A stretch of 64,000 nucleotides of DNA from a bacterium (GTDB lineage Bacteria > UBA8248). A program made the position numbers and the translations under genes. Positions 39,181 through 48,431 of the stretch are shown one piece after another (position 1 is the first letter of the stretch; each line of letters opens with the position of its first letter). A model generated the notes under the pieces. The model worked only from the letters and a program-made list of their open reading frames with translations. It ran no database searches and was not told where the DNA came from. The stretch is taken from contig OZ253442.1 of the NCBI GenBank assembly GCA_965261085.1, forward strand, positions 1,184,001 to 1,248,000, read 5' to 3'.

Positions 39181-40052
39181 CGAAAGCCCCCTTCATGCCC
39201 GAACGTCCCCCCGGGAAGCCGGCGACCTGGTTCACCGAGTACCACGGTCCGGGAACGGGCATCACGATGAAGGTGTTGCGCACCCTGTATTCGGCGAAAA
39301 GCGCGTTTCAGGAAATCACCCTGGTGGAAACCGAGGATTTCGGGCGCGTCCTCCTGCTCGACGGCGTCATCCAGACCACCGAGCGCGATGAGTTCATCTA
39401 TCACGAGATGCTCACACACGTGCCCATGTGCTCGCACCCTGCGCCCAGGAACGTGCTCATCATCGGCGGCGGGGACGGCGGCTGCGTGCGCGAGGCGCTC
39501 CGGCACGAGACGGTCGCGCGCGTCACGCTCGTTGAGATCGACGGGATGGTGGTGGATTGCTGCCGCGAGTTTTTGCCGTCCATCGCCGGAAAGTTGGGCG
39601 ACCCCCGGGTGGAGATAAGAATCGAGGACGGGGTGAAATTCATCGAGGGCCATGAGAAGGCGTTCGACGTCATCCTGGTCGATTCCACCGACCCGGTCGC
39701 CATGGCGAGTCCGCTGACTAAAACCTCCTTTTTCCGGGCGGCTAAGCGCGCCCTCGCGCCGGGCGGCCTGTACGCCGCGCAGACGCAAGGGCCCGTGTTC
39801 GAGGGCCACATGATGGGGAGGATCACGAGGCGCATCAGGAGGGTGTTTCCGGGCGCATCGACTTATCTGGCGAACGTGCCGACGTACCCTGGAGGGATAT
39901 GGTCGTTCGCCCTCGCGCCGAAATCAGGGAAAGCGGACGCCCGCGCCAAGCCAAGGGAGCTGCCCGCAGGCGAGAATACCCACTATTACTCCCCCGAGGT
40001 CCATGCGGCCGCATTCACGCACCCTCCCTACGTGGCGGAGATTTTGAAGTAA
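39171..40052 (+). CDS. speE: Spermidine synthase
   Basis: [44 protein letters not shown]. Confidence 0.95.
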   Translation: MELTKAPFMPERPPGKPATWFTEYHGPGTGITMKVLRTLYSAKSAFQEITLVETEDFGRVLLLDGVIQTTERDEFIYHEMLTHVPMCSHPAPRNVLIIGGGDGGCVREALRHETVARVTLVEIDGMVVDCCREFLPSIAGKLGDPRVEIRIEDGVKFIEGHEKAFDVILVDSTDPVAMASPLTKTSFFRAAKRALAPGGLYAAQTQGPVFEGHMMGRITRRIRRVFPGASTYLANVPTYPGGIWSFALAPKSGKADARAKPRELPAGENTHYYSPEVHAAAFTHPPYVAEILK

Positions 40053-40909
40053 TGGCCCGCATGGCCCACCCCCGTTTTCTTTGCGCTGAGAGCGCCTTTG
40101 AACCAGCGCGCACCGTTCTCCTGGGATGCCCTTTCGATGAGACGGCGAGCTTCAGGCGGGGCGCGCGTCTCGGCCCCGGTGCGATACGCGAAGCGTCCGA
40201 TTGTCTCGAAACATACAGCCCGCATCTCGATAAGGATCTGGAAGACGCCGCCCTGTGCGACTTGGGCGACGTTGATTTCGCCTCCGATGATACCCAAGCC
40301 GTTCTCGATTCCATCCAGGCCGAGGCGAGGGAGATATTCCGCGCAGGCAAGCGTCCCGTATTCCTGGGCGGTGAGCACCTGGTGAGCCTGCCCCTTGTGG
40401 AGGCGGCGCTTGAAGTATTCCCGGGTCTGGCCGTTTTCCAGTGGGATGCGCACGCGGATTTGCGCGATGACTATCTGGGCGAAAAACTCTCGCATGCCTG
40501 CGTCATGCGGCGCATCCTGGATCTGGAGGGCGTCGGCCCGCTCCATCAGTTCGGCGTCCGCTCCGGCACGCGCGATGAGTTCGAATGGATGAGGGCGAAC
40601 GAGACGCTGCGCCCCCTCACGCCCGAAGGGGTCGAATCGGCCCTGGAAGAAGCGGGCGACCGCGCCATATATCTCACCCTCGACGTGGACGTCATAAACC
40701 CCGGCGAGATGCCCGGAACCGGCACTCCCGAACCCGGCGGTCCCGGCTTCGATGCGATTATGGATTGCATCTCGGTTCTCGACGCCTCGGGCGCGCGCAT
40801 CATCGGCGCCGACGTGGTGGAACTCGCCCCTGAATTGGACCCCTCCGGCGCAAGCGCCGTCGCCGCCGCGAAGCTGGTGCGTGAACTCGCGCTGGTAATG
40901 GGGGCGTGA
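40052..40909 (+). CDS. speB: Agmatinase
   Basis: GGEHLVS, DAHADLR, SHA, DVDV..P..MPGTGTPEPGG. Confidence 0.93.
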   Translation: MARMAHPRFLCAESAFEPARTVLLGCPFDETASFRRGARLGPGAIREASDCLETYSPHLDKDLEDAALCDLGDVDFASDDTQAVLDSIQAEAREIFRAGKRPVFLGGEHLVSLPLVEAALEVFPGLAVFQWDAHADLRDDYLGEKLSHACVMRRILDLEGVGPLHQFGVRSGTRDEFEWMRANETLRPLTPEGVESALEEAGDRAIYLTLDVDVINPGEMPGTGTPEPGGPGFDAIMDCISVLDASGARIIGADVVELAPELDPSGASAVAAAKLVRELALVMGA

Positions 40910-41009
40910 AGCGGGCGGCGTCATTCACTCGGCTGCACCACGTTTCCGAGAGGCGCGCGCAGCACTGTCATCGCTTGCAGCGCGTAGCGCTATACATTAC
41001 GATAACGCT

Positions 41010-41282
41010 ATGAAGATCAGGCGCAAGGGTTTGCGGTCGCTCCACGAACGGGACGACCCGGCGCGGTTGCCTGCCAATCTGGCGCCGCGGCTCCGGCGCA
41101 TCCTGTTTCGGCTGCAGGAGGCGACGCGCCCGGGTGATGCGGATGCGCCGGGCTTCCGGCTGCATCCACTGAAGGGCGACCGGGCGGGCGATTGGAGCGT
41201 GCGCGTTTCCGGCAACTGGCGCGTGGTGTTCCGCTTCGAGGACGGCGAAGTCGTGGACGTGGACCTGATCGACTACCACTGA
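41010..41282 (+). CDS. higB: HigB-like toxin (RelE/ParE superfamily)
   Basis: PGFRLHPLKGDRAG.WSVRVSGNWRVVFRF...DYH. Confidence 0.92.
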   Translation: MKIRRKGLRSLHERDDPARLPANLAPRLRRILFRLQEATRPGDADAPGFRLHPLKGDRAGDWSVRVSGNWRVVFRFEDGEVVDVDLIDYH

Positions 41283-41300
41283 CGGGAAGGAGGATGAGCG

Positions 41301-41615
41301 ATGAACGAGAGCGGAGGCGAACGTGTAGGACCGATGCTGAACCCGCCGCATCTGGGCGAACTGATCCGAGAGAGTATGGAAGAGGTCGGCTGGAGCGTCA
41401 CCGAGACCTCGGCTCGCCTGGGCTGCGAGCGCGGGACGCTTTCGCGCCTGCTGAACGGAAAGGCGGGCGTGTCCGCCAACATGGCGATCGCGCTGGAGGG
41501 CATCGGTTGGGGAACCGCCGACCACTGGATGCGCATGCAGGCGAGCTACGAGCTGGCGCAGGTTCGCAAGGAGCGGTCCAAGGGGACACGGTTGGCTGAT
41601 GTGAGGTCAGCGTGA
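41301..41615 (+). CDS. higA: HigA antitoxin
   Basis: NPPHLGELIRE, HTH, SRLLNGKAGVS..MA, WMRMQASY. Confidence 0.92.
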   Translation: MNESGGERVGPMLNPPHLGELIRESMEEVGWSVTETSARLGCERGTLSRLLNGKAGVSANMAIALEGIGWGTADHWMRMQASYELAQVRKERSKGTRLADVRSA

Positions 41616-41652
41616 GCCGGCGTTGCAAAGGCGATGTGGAACGGGAGGCAGC

Positions 41653-41838
41653 CCCGAACCCGGTGGCCCGGGCTTCGATGCGATTATGGATTGCATCGGT
41701 ATTCTGTGGACTGCAGGTGTTCGCATCGTCGGCGCCGACGTGGTGGAACTCGCTCCCGAATTGGACCCCTCCGGCGCAAGCGCCGTCGCCGCCGCGAAGC
41801 TGGTGCGTGAACTCGCGCTGGTAATGGGGGCGGAGTAG
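41653..41838 (+). repeat. Diverged duplicate of the speB 3' end
   Basis: Aligns with 40727-40909 (PEPGGPGFDAIMDCI...ADVVELAPELDPSGASAVAAAKLVRELALVMGA). Confidence 0.93.
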
Positions 41839-41878
41839 AGCGCGGGTCCGGCGTCTATTTTTTTGGGGGATCATAGAA

Positions 41879-42415
41879 ATGTCCAGGCAATACGACCATG
41901 TTTGTAGTGCCAACCATGGTCGACGAGCAAAAGACCCTAGTTCAAGGAGACGAATAACATTGGAAAAAATTGACAAACTTACGCAGTTGCTCAATAACAA
42001 TGAGCCACTCAGCACTGAATGGCGAAGGGAGCTTTATAGTGCGTTCAGTCGGCGAGTCGTAGGAAAGATGCTTGACGACGGGGTTAGCTATGGCAAAGCA
42101 TCAGACGCACCTGAGTTCTATAATCAAGATTACCAAGCCTTTCGTGGCCACCTCAGGAAAACGGACCAGGACCTTGGTTGGCAATGTGATAGTGTCAGAG
42201 ACGCCTTCTCTGGGTACCTGAAAACAGGAGAAATACCAGCCCCCTATTTCCCAATGCGTATCGCTATCCTGCTAAGGAAGGCCAAAGAGACTGAACGCGA
42301 AAAGATGTTCCTGACTGCTTGGTGTCGTCATTTCGGAACAGGCAACCCGTCTTCCGGTAAGTATTACAAACTCTCGGAACGCCTGCAGAAGCTAAATTCT
42401 AAGACCTCAAACTAA
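41879..42415 (+). CDS. Hypothetical protein (low GC)
   Basis: 178-aa ORF, start uncertain; no recognised motif. Confidence 0.55.
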   Translation: MSRQYDHVCSANHGRRAKDPSSRRRITLEKIDKLTQLLNNNEPLSTEWRRELYSAFSRRVVGKMLDDGVSYGKASDAPEFYNQDYQAFRGHLRKTDQDLGWQCDSVRDAFSGYLKTGEIPAPYFPMRIAILLRKAKETEREKMFLTAWCRHFGTGNPSSGKYYKLSERLQKLNSKTSN

Positions 42416-42477
42416 AAAATTCCGTAAATATAAAATTTTAGTTGCACCCAAGATACTCACCATGAGAGCGAATTTGC

Positions 42478-43488
42478 TTATGAGCGCAATTTCTTCCTGA
42501 ACGCGTTTGTGTCGAAGTCGAACCAAGGCGGTCGTTGAATTTTGAACCGCGCCTCGCGCACGTTGTATACAGTGTCGGGTTTGGCTTCGAAGAGAACCTG
42601 CCTGATGATCGACAGCGCAGCGCCGTACGCGTCAGCGGCGTTGGATAGCGTTATGTCACCGCCATACCGGATGTCAGTCGCGTCGTCTCCGGACAGGATT
42701 AGGGCCAGCTTTACGCGATCAATGGCTTCAGCGCCCAGACTCTCTGCCCGATCTGCCAGTGCTGAAAGATCGTGGGTATAAGGCGGCGTCTGTCCTTTTC
42801 GCCGAATTAGGAGCTTCAGCGCTTTCTCCGTGGCCTGCGACGCATCCCACGCGGCCGAGCGCAAGCAGGCGTCGTTCCGTTCACAAAGATTCCTAGCGCT
42901 GCTTTGAATATCTGTGCGAACCGACCCAGCTAATTCCGCGATGCTTAAATTCTCATTATGCACCAGTGCCCGGACGTCGAAGCCTATGCTCCGAACCAAT
43001 TTTGCGGTCTCTAAAGCCTCTTTTCGGACAACGTCCAGTCCTATGCCTGATAACCCATCGACCACGCCTCTGCTCTGAATCCAGCTAAGTGGGTCTTCTT
43101 CTGCTTGGACCGATGCAGGCCATCCAATCCAGACCATATTCGGCTCATCTGCGGATATCTTGAAACGCTTGGGTACCTGCATGGCGAAAGGTGTTCCATG
43201 AATAAGTAACATCGACACAAAGACCCCGGTTTCGTCGTTATCGACAAAGTCGCCGTAGCGGTCGCGATACCAGTCCTCTATGATGAACAGAAATGCTCCG
43301 TGCGCCACGCTGCGGTAAAATGTTTCGAAATCGGAAAATTCCATCGCCGTATCGCACAGAACTTCGAAAGCCTTCAATTTGCGGGCTGAAATCGGTATGT
43401 TCGCCTGACTAAGTGCCCCGTCGATTTTCGGGAGTTCTTCGTTCAGAAATGCAGCGATCTCCTTCCAGTTACTTATGTCGTCGGACAC
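42478..43488 (-). CDS. HEPN-domain protein
   Basis: C-terminal WDASQATEKALK....PPYTHDL..L...RY. Confidence 0.75.
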   Translation of the reverse strand: MSDDISNWKEIAAFLNEELPKIDGALSQANIPISARKLKAFEVLCDTAMEFSDFETFYRSVAHGAFLFIIEDWYRDRYGDFVDNDETGVFVSMLLIHGTPFAMQVPKRFKISADEPNMVWIGWPASVQAEEDPLSWIQSRGVVDGLSGIGLDVVRKEALETAKLVRSIGFDVRALVHNENLSIAELAGSVRTDIQSSARNLCERNDACLRSAAWDASQATEKALKLLIRRKGQTPPYTHDLSALADRAESLGAEAIDRVKLALILSGDDATDIRYGGDITLSNAADAYGAALSIIRQVLFEAKPDTVYNVREARFKIQRPPWFDFDTNAFRKKLRS

Positions 43489-43710
43489 GGATTTGACCTC
43501 CTCTCAATTGCCAGACTCATTCAAGGCATCTCCTGTGCTTCCAGAATAACAGGAATTACGGCGTGATGAAGGTCGTGAGCTCATGCCCACCCCGCAGTTC
43601 ACGAACGTGTGTTTGACCCCGCCGAGCACGGGATAGTACGCTTGGTTGCTGCGTCCTGCTCCCGGGCGGGGCCGGTTCCCACCACGCCGCCAAAGCGCAA
43701 GGAGGTCCTC

Positions 43711-44571
43711 ATGAAACCAGCCGTATCGCGGGTTATCGCCGCCGTGTTCCTCGCCGCCGCCCTGCTGGCGCCCGGCGCGCTTCACGCACAGGCCAAACGC
43801 GTCATCACCCGCATCGCGGGCGATCTATACCGCTTCCAGAACAATTTTCACTATTCCGTCTTCCTGGTGACGCCGGATGGCGTGATCGTCACCGATCCCA
43901 TCAACAAAGAGGCGGCCACCTGGCTCAAAGCCGAGATCGCCAAGCGATTCAACCGGCCGGTCAAGTACCTGATCCTCAGCCACGATCACCGCGACCACAG
44001 CTCCGGCGGCGAGGTCTTCACCGACACCGCGACGGTGATCGCCCACGAGAGGGCCAAGGCCGCGATCATCGGCGAAGGCCGCCCGACCGCCGCGCCCGAC
44101 ATCACGTTCACCGACCGCATGACAGTGGCGCTGGGGGGCAAGCGGGTCGAGCTCATCTACACGGGCCGCAACCACTCGGACAACTCGATCGTCATGCTGT
44201 TCCCCGAGGAGCGGACCCTGTTCGCCGTCGACTTCGTGTCGGTCAAGCGCCTGCCCTTCCGCAACCTCTCCGATTCTTACTACCCCGACTGGATAGATTC
44301 GTTGCGGCGTGTCGAGCGGCTGGACTTCGACATCCTGGCGCCCGGTCACGGGGCCATGGGCGCCAAGAAGGACGTCGCCGATCATCGCCGCTACCACGAG
44401 GACCTGTACAACGCCGTCGTCGCCGCTGCGCGCGCGGGGCGGAGCCTGGAGGAGATGAAGGCGTCTATCACCCTCGACAAGTACAAGGGTTGGGGTTCCT
44501 ACGCCGCTTGGCGCGAGCTCAACATCGAGGGGGTATACTCCCGCGTCGTGCTCCAGCGACGGGGGAACTGA
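43711..44571 (+). CDS. Secreted MBL-fold metallo-hydrolase
   Basis: Signal peptide, SHDHRDH, NHS, D, PGHG. Confidence 0.9.
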   Translation: MKPAVSRVIAAVFLAAALLAPGALHAQAKRVITRIAGDLYRFQNNFHYSVFLVTPDGVIVTDPINKEAATWLKAEIAKRFNRPVKYLILSHDHRDHSSGGEVFTDTATVIAHERAKAAIIGEGRPTAAPDITFTDRMTVALGGKRVELIYTGRNHSDNSIVMLFPEERTLFAVDFVSVKRLPFRNLSDSYYPDWIDSLRRVERLDFDILAPGHGAMGAKKDVADHRRYHEDLYNAVVAAARAGRSLEEMKASITLDKYKGWGSYAAWRELNIEGVYSRVVLQRRGN

Positions 44572-44791
44572 ACGAACGTCTGGCGCATCTCCCGGCAGGC
44601 GCTCCAGGCCTTCTCGTGAAACGTGCTGACGTGCCGCACTTCCCGATAATCCCCGGCGGATGCGGGTGGAGTCGCTATATTTTCTATTGACGGATGCTTC
44701 GGATAGCGGCATCCTTATGCTCACTCCCCCAGTGGCTTCGACCGCTGGGTGCGGGGCCTCTCACGAGGCCCCTGCTTTTTTAAGGTAAGAC

Positions 44792-44872
44792 ATGCGAACT
44801 TATATTTACGTCGATAGGTTCAACCTCTACTACTGCTCGCGGAAGCGCTCGTTCCCGGCGCGCATCGCCTAA
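44792..44872 (+). pseudogene. N-terminal stub of a NYN-domain gene
   Basis: MRTYIYVDRFNLYY resembles the MR..VYVDGFNLYY start of NYN/PIN-like RNases; truncated by the convergent HAD gene. Confidence 0.55.
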
Positions 44873-45603
44873 CCCACCTCCGCCTCGACCGCTTCGGCCA
44901 TCTCGCCCATCGAGAAGAATATGAAATCGGTCGTTGGGGTCGCCTCGACCTTCTCCGTCGCCCCCCAGCTTCCCCCCTCGGAGAGCCTCTGCCGGTCGAT
45001 CCAGGCGTTGGCGAGGCCGAAACGATTCGCCGGCGCATGGTCGTGCCGCAGGCTCTGCGCGGTGTGCAGGACGTCTGAGCAGTCGAGATCGAAGTCAGAT
45101 TTCAGGTGCGAGAGGAGATACTCGAAGTTGGCGTCGGCGGGCTTGTAGGAGCCGACCTCCTCGGCGGTGTAGACGGCATCGAACGCGACGCCCAGCTTGC
45201 GGTTCGAGGCGGCGAAGCCCTCGCGGTGTACGTTCGAGAGGATGACGAGCTTATAATGCCGCTTGAGGATGCGCAGCGCGTCCGCGGTATCAGAGAACGC
45301 CGGCCACAGCGGCACAGATGCGCCGAACGCCTCATCGAGCGCGTCGCTCGTCTCGAGATCGAAGCTCTCCGCCATGCTCCGGTGGACCCTGGCGAGGAGA
45401 TCGGGATAGCGAAGCTCAGGCGAGGCGTGCTCGTGGTGGGCTTCCCACTTCGCAAAAGCGAGGAGCGCGGCCTCGCGCGTCACCGCCGTGTCGCCGCCCC
45501 CCATGATCAGCGGCTGCAGCGCATCCCAGATTCCAGCCTCCCAATCGATGAGGGTGCCGTAGCAGTCGAACGTCAATACTTTGTAATCGGTCAGTCGAGC
45601 CAT
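44869..45603 (-). CDS. Haloacid dehalogenase type II-like HAD hydrolase
   Basis: FDCYGTLIDWE, LSN, YKP, HTAQSL.HDH.PA. Confidence 0.9.
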   Translation of the reverse strand: MARLTDYKVLTFDCYGTLIDWEAGIWDALQPLIMGGGDTAVTREAALLAFAKWEAHHEHASPELRYPDLLARVHRSMAESFDLETSDALDEAFGASVPLWPAFSDTADALRILKRHYKLVILSNVHREGFAASNRKLGVAFDAVYTAEEVGSYKPADANFEYLLSHLKSDFDLDCSDVLHTAQSLRHDHAPANRFGLANAWIDRQRLSEGGSWGATEKVEATPTTDFIFFSMGEMAEAVEAEVG

Positions 45604-45908
45604 GGTTTGTGCTTCCTGTGCGGGGGGATTGGGTGTCCTCTTGTCGGCCAAGCCTGAGTCTATTCGAGAAAGTTTCTACGGTCGCGCGCTGGGGGGTGTC
45701 AAGAGCCGTCCCGGCAAGACTAATTCAAAAACCCCGATTGCATGGCGGGGCGGAATGTTTGTATAGTAGACTTACTTTTGTAACTCATTAAATTGTATAC
45801 AGTATACTTTATTGATGGCGGTTTCGCGCGCGAGAGTCCGAATGGCGAAACCCGCCGATAATCAAAGTATTCTTAGAGCCAATTCATCACTTGCGTTTGG
45901 AGACGCCC

Positions 45909-47078
45909 ATGGCTGAAGAAAAACCCCGCCAATTCGTTGGAAGTGTGGAATTCAAGAAAGGTCTCGAGGGGGCCATCACGAACGAGAGCGCCATCAGCTA
46001 CGTCGATGGGGCGAACGGAAAGCTCATCTATCGCGGATACAGCATCGACGATCTCTGCGCCGGAGGCGGGGGATACGAGGAAACGGCCTATCTGCTGCTC
46101 AACGGGAAGCTGCCCACGCGGAGCGAACTCGACATCTTCAACGCGGATCTGGCGCTGCGCCGCACTATCCCCCAGGAAGTGAAAGACCTGATCGTGCAGA
46201 TCGCCTCCAAATGCCACCCCATGAGCACGCTGCGCACCGCCGTCTCCATGCTCGGCTGCCTGAACCCGAAGGAATTCGAGGTGACGGTGGAGAACGATTA
46301 CGATATCGCACTTACGCTGACGGCGCAGTTCCCGACCCTCGTGGCGGCCATCCAGCGGGCGAGAAGGGGCGAGTTCCTCCTGGAGCCCAACCCCTCGAAG
46401 GGCCTCTCCGAAGATTTTCTGCGCATGATGACGGGCGAGACGCCCGACCCGCGCACGGTGGAAGTGATGGACATAGCGCTCATCATCCACGCCGAGCACG
46501 GCATGAACGCCTCCACTTTCTCCTCGATGGTGACGAACAGCTCCTTGACTGATTTCTACAGCTCCATCGTCGCAGGGATAGGCTCGCTCAAGGGGCCTCT
46601 CCACGGCGGGGCGAACGAGGCCACGCTGCGCACGTTCCAGGAGATAGGCGACCCCGCCACGACCGAAGATTGGTTCGCGGCGGCGAAAGAAAAGAAGGTG
46701 AAGGTGATGGGCTTCGGCCACCGCGTATACAAGGCCTACGACCCGAGGGCGCGGCTGTTCGACCCCATCGCCAAGGAATTCTCAGAGCGCGCCGGAACGG
46801 CCCATCTCTACGAGATAGCGAAAAAGCTCGAAGCCCTCGTGGTGGCGGACCTGGGCGGCAAGGGCATCTTCCCCAACGTCGATTTCTTCTCGGGCGTCAT
46901 CTATGACGCGATGGGCATCGACACGGATATGTTCACGCCCATCTTCGCCGTGCCGCGCATCGCCGGATGGTCGGCGCGCATTCTCGAATATCTGCCCGAG
47001 AACCGGCTCTTCAGGCCCCGCGCGGTCTACATCGGCGATCTGGAGTCGCAATACGCGCCGATTGGGGAGCGCGGGTAG
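45909..47078 (+). CDS. gltA: Citrate synthase (or 2-methylcitrate synthase)
   Basis: KGLEG, HAEHGMNAST, GPLHGGA, MGFGHRVYK.YDPR, PNVDF. Confidence 0.9.
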   Translation: MAEEKPRQFVGSVEFKKGLEGAITNESAISYVDGANGKLIYRGYSIDDLCAGGGGYEETAYLLLNGKLPTRSELDIFNADLALRRTIPQEVKDLIVQIASKCHPMSTLRTAVSMLGCLNPKEFEVTVENDYDIALTLTAQFPTLVAAIQRARRGEFLLEPNPSKGLSEDFLRMMTGETPDPRTVEVMDIALIIHAEHGMNASTFSSMVTNSSLTDFYSSIVAGIGSLKGPLHGGANEATLRTFQEIGDPATTEDWFAAAKEKKVKVMGFGHRVYKAYDPRARLFDPIAKEFSERAGTAHLYEIAKKLEALVVADLGGKGIFPNVDFFSGVIYDAMGIDTDMFTPIFAVPRIAGWSARILEYLPENRLFRPRAVYIGDLESQYAPIGERG

Positions 47079-47096
47079 ATAAAAGAAGCGGACCGA

Positions 47097-47128
47097 AAAG
47101 CGGCTCTCGAGCGGGAGCCGCTTTTTTT
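47097..47128 (+). terminator. Rho-independent (possibly bidirectional) terminator
   Basis: AAAAGCGGCTC...GAGCCGCTTTTTTT. Confidence 0.8.
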
Positions 47129-47199
47129 CGCCTGGCTTTCATGATCCCGGGTTTCCCGCCGGGCTTGTTGGGGCAATCTTAAATAGAGGAGGTTTACCG

Positions 47200-47622
47200 G
47201 TGGCGTTCGAAGATGGCTTCGTGATCGAAACGACGAGGCGGACGGATATTCTGGACATCACGCCGCAGGTGGAGCGCGCCGTTTCGAAAAGCGGGATATC
47301 AAGCGGAATCGTCCTGGTGTTCACGCCCGGCTCGACGGCGGGTTTGACGACGATAGAGTATGAACCGGGCGCAATTTCGGATCTGAAAGACGCGATTGCG
47401 CGAATCGCGCCCGAGGGGATGGCCTATGCGCACGATGCGCGCTGGGGGGACGGGAACGGTTTCTCCCACGTCCGCGCCGCCCTGCTGGGGCCGAGCCTCT
47501 CTTTGCCGCTCAGAGAGGGCGCGCTCGTTACCGGAACCTGGCAGCAGATAGTCCTGGTCGATTTCGACAACCGCCCGAGGAGCAGGCGGGTGGAAATCCA
47601 GATTATCGGGGATGCGTCCTAG
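47200..47622 (+). CDS. yjbQ: YjbQ/UPF0047 protein
   Basis: DIT..V, GSTAG.TTIEYE, GNG.SH, GTWQ. Confidence 0.9.
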   Translation: MAFEDGFVIETTRRTDILDITPQVERAVSKSGISSGIVLVFTPGSTAGLTTIEYEPGAISDLKDAIARIAPEGMAYAHDARWGDGNGFSHVRAALLGPSLSLPLREGALVTGTWQQIVLVDFDNRPRSRRVEIQIIGDAS

Positions 47623-47624
47623 TC

Positions 47625-47780
47625 AATCCGCGCCGGACGCGCAACCGAGGGCGTGTCGACCGGAAATAAAGATACCCGGACTCTTGGAGCGAAGTATTAA
47701 TAAATCCGCGCCGGACGCGCACCCGTTGGCGTGTCGACCGGAAATCGAGATACCCGGAGTCTCGCAGCGAAGTATGAAAG
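47625..47780. repeat. Imperfect 78-bp tandem duplication
   Basis: AATCCGCGCCGGACGCGCA...GGCGTGTCGACCGGAAAT...GATACCCGGA...AGCGAAGTAT at 47625 and 47703. Confidence 0.85.
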
Positions 47781-47781
47781 A

Positions 47782-48201
47782 TCAGTCGTCGCCTTCGGCG
47801 AATTCCTCAAAGGTGTAGAACAGGCCGTCGAGCACGCGCGCGGCTTGCTCGTCGAGGCCCGGCTTCTCGAGGGGCAGGTCGATGGCGTAGCGGAACACGC
47901 CGTCGTGGTAGTGCTCCACCTTGTGTTCTTCCTCTTCTCCCGCTTCTTCCATGCCGTCGTACACGAAATCGTCAATCGGGTCCTTGCTGTCCAGAATAGC
48001 GAGTTCGATGTCCTCGTTCATGTAGCGGTCGGCGGTGACGAAGCTGATGCGGAGTTTGCCGTCGTCCTCGTTTTTCGCGATCTCGAACCAGCAGACGTCG
48101 TTCAGCACCAGCCGGATGGAGCGGCCCGAAGGGTCGGGTTCGGGCGTGAAGCGATCGTCGGTGGCGTAGCGTTTGATCATGCCTGTAATGATGTCGGCCA
48201 A
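47782..48201 (-). CDS. Acidic hypothetical protein
   Basis: GGAGG RBS + TTG; native codon usage; no recognised motif. Confidence 0.65.
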   Translation of the reverse strand: MADIITGMIKRYATDDRFTPEPDPSGRSIRLVLNDVCWFEIAKNEDDGKLRISFVTADRYMNEDIELAILDSKDPIDDFVYDGMEEAGEEEEHKVEHYHDGVFRYAIDLPLEKPGLDEQAARVLDGLFYTFEEFAEGDD

Positions 48202-48431
48202 AACAGGAGCCTCCCTGCGCGTGGGTGTTTTAAGAGTGGGAGAAACTGCTCTTCCCTTGTTTGGCGGGCAATATAGCTTGGAGTTTTCGTTTCGCCAAGC
48301 GGCGCCGGGCATCGGGAATGGCGTTCGCTTGCGGTGGGTGAACCTGAGCGGCGCGTAAGAAAAACAGGGGATGAGCGGCTTGGATTTTCCGTGCCGCCGC
48401 CCATCCCCCTGAGTGAGGCCTTGGGCCTTCT

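Noticed and set aside
47625-47780. Possible CRISPR array
   Set aside because: Only two 78-bp diverged units, no repeat-spacer structure, no cas genes
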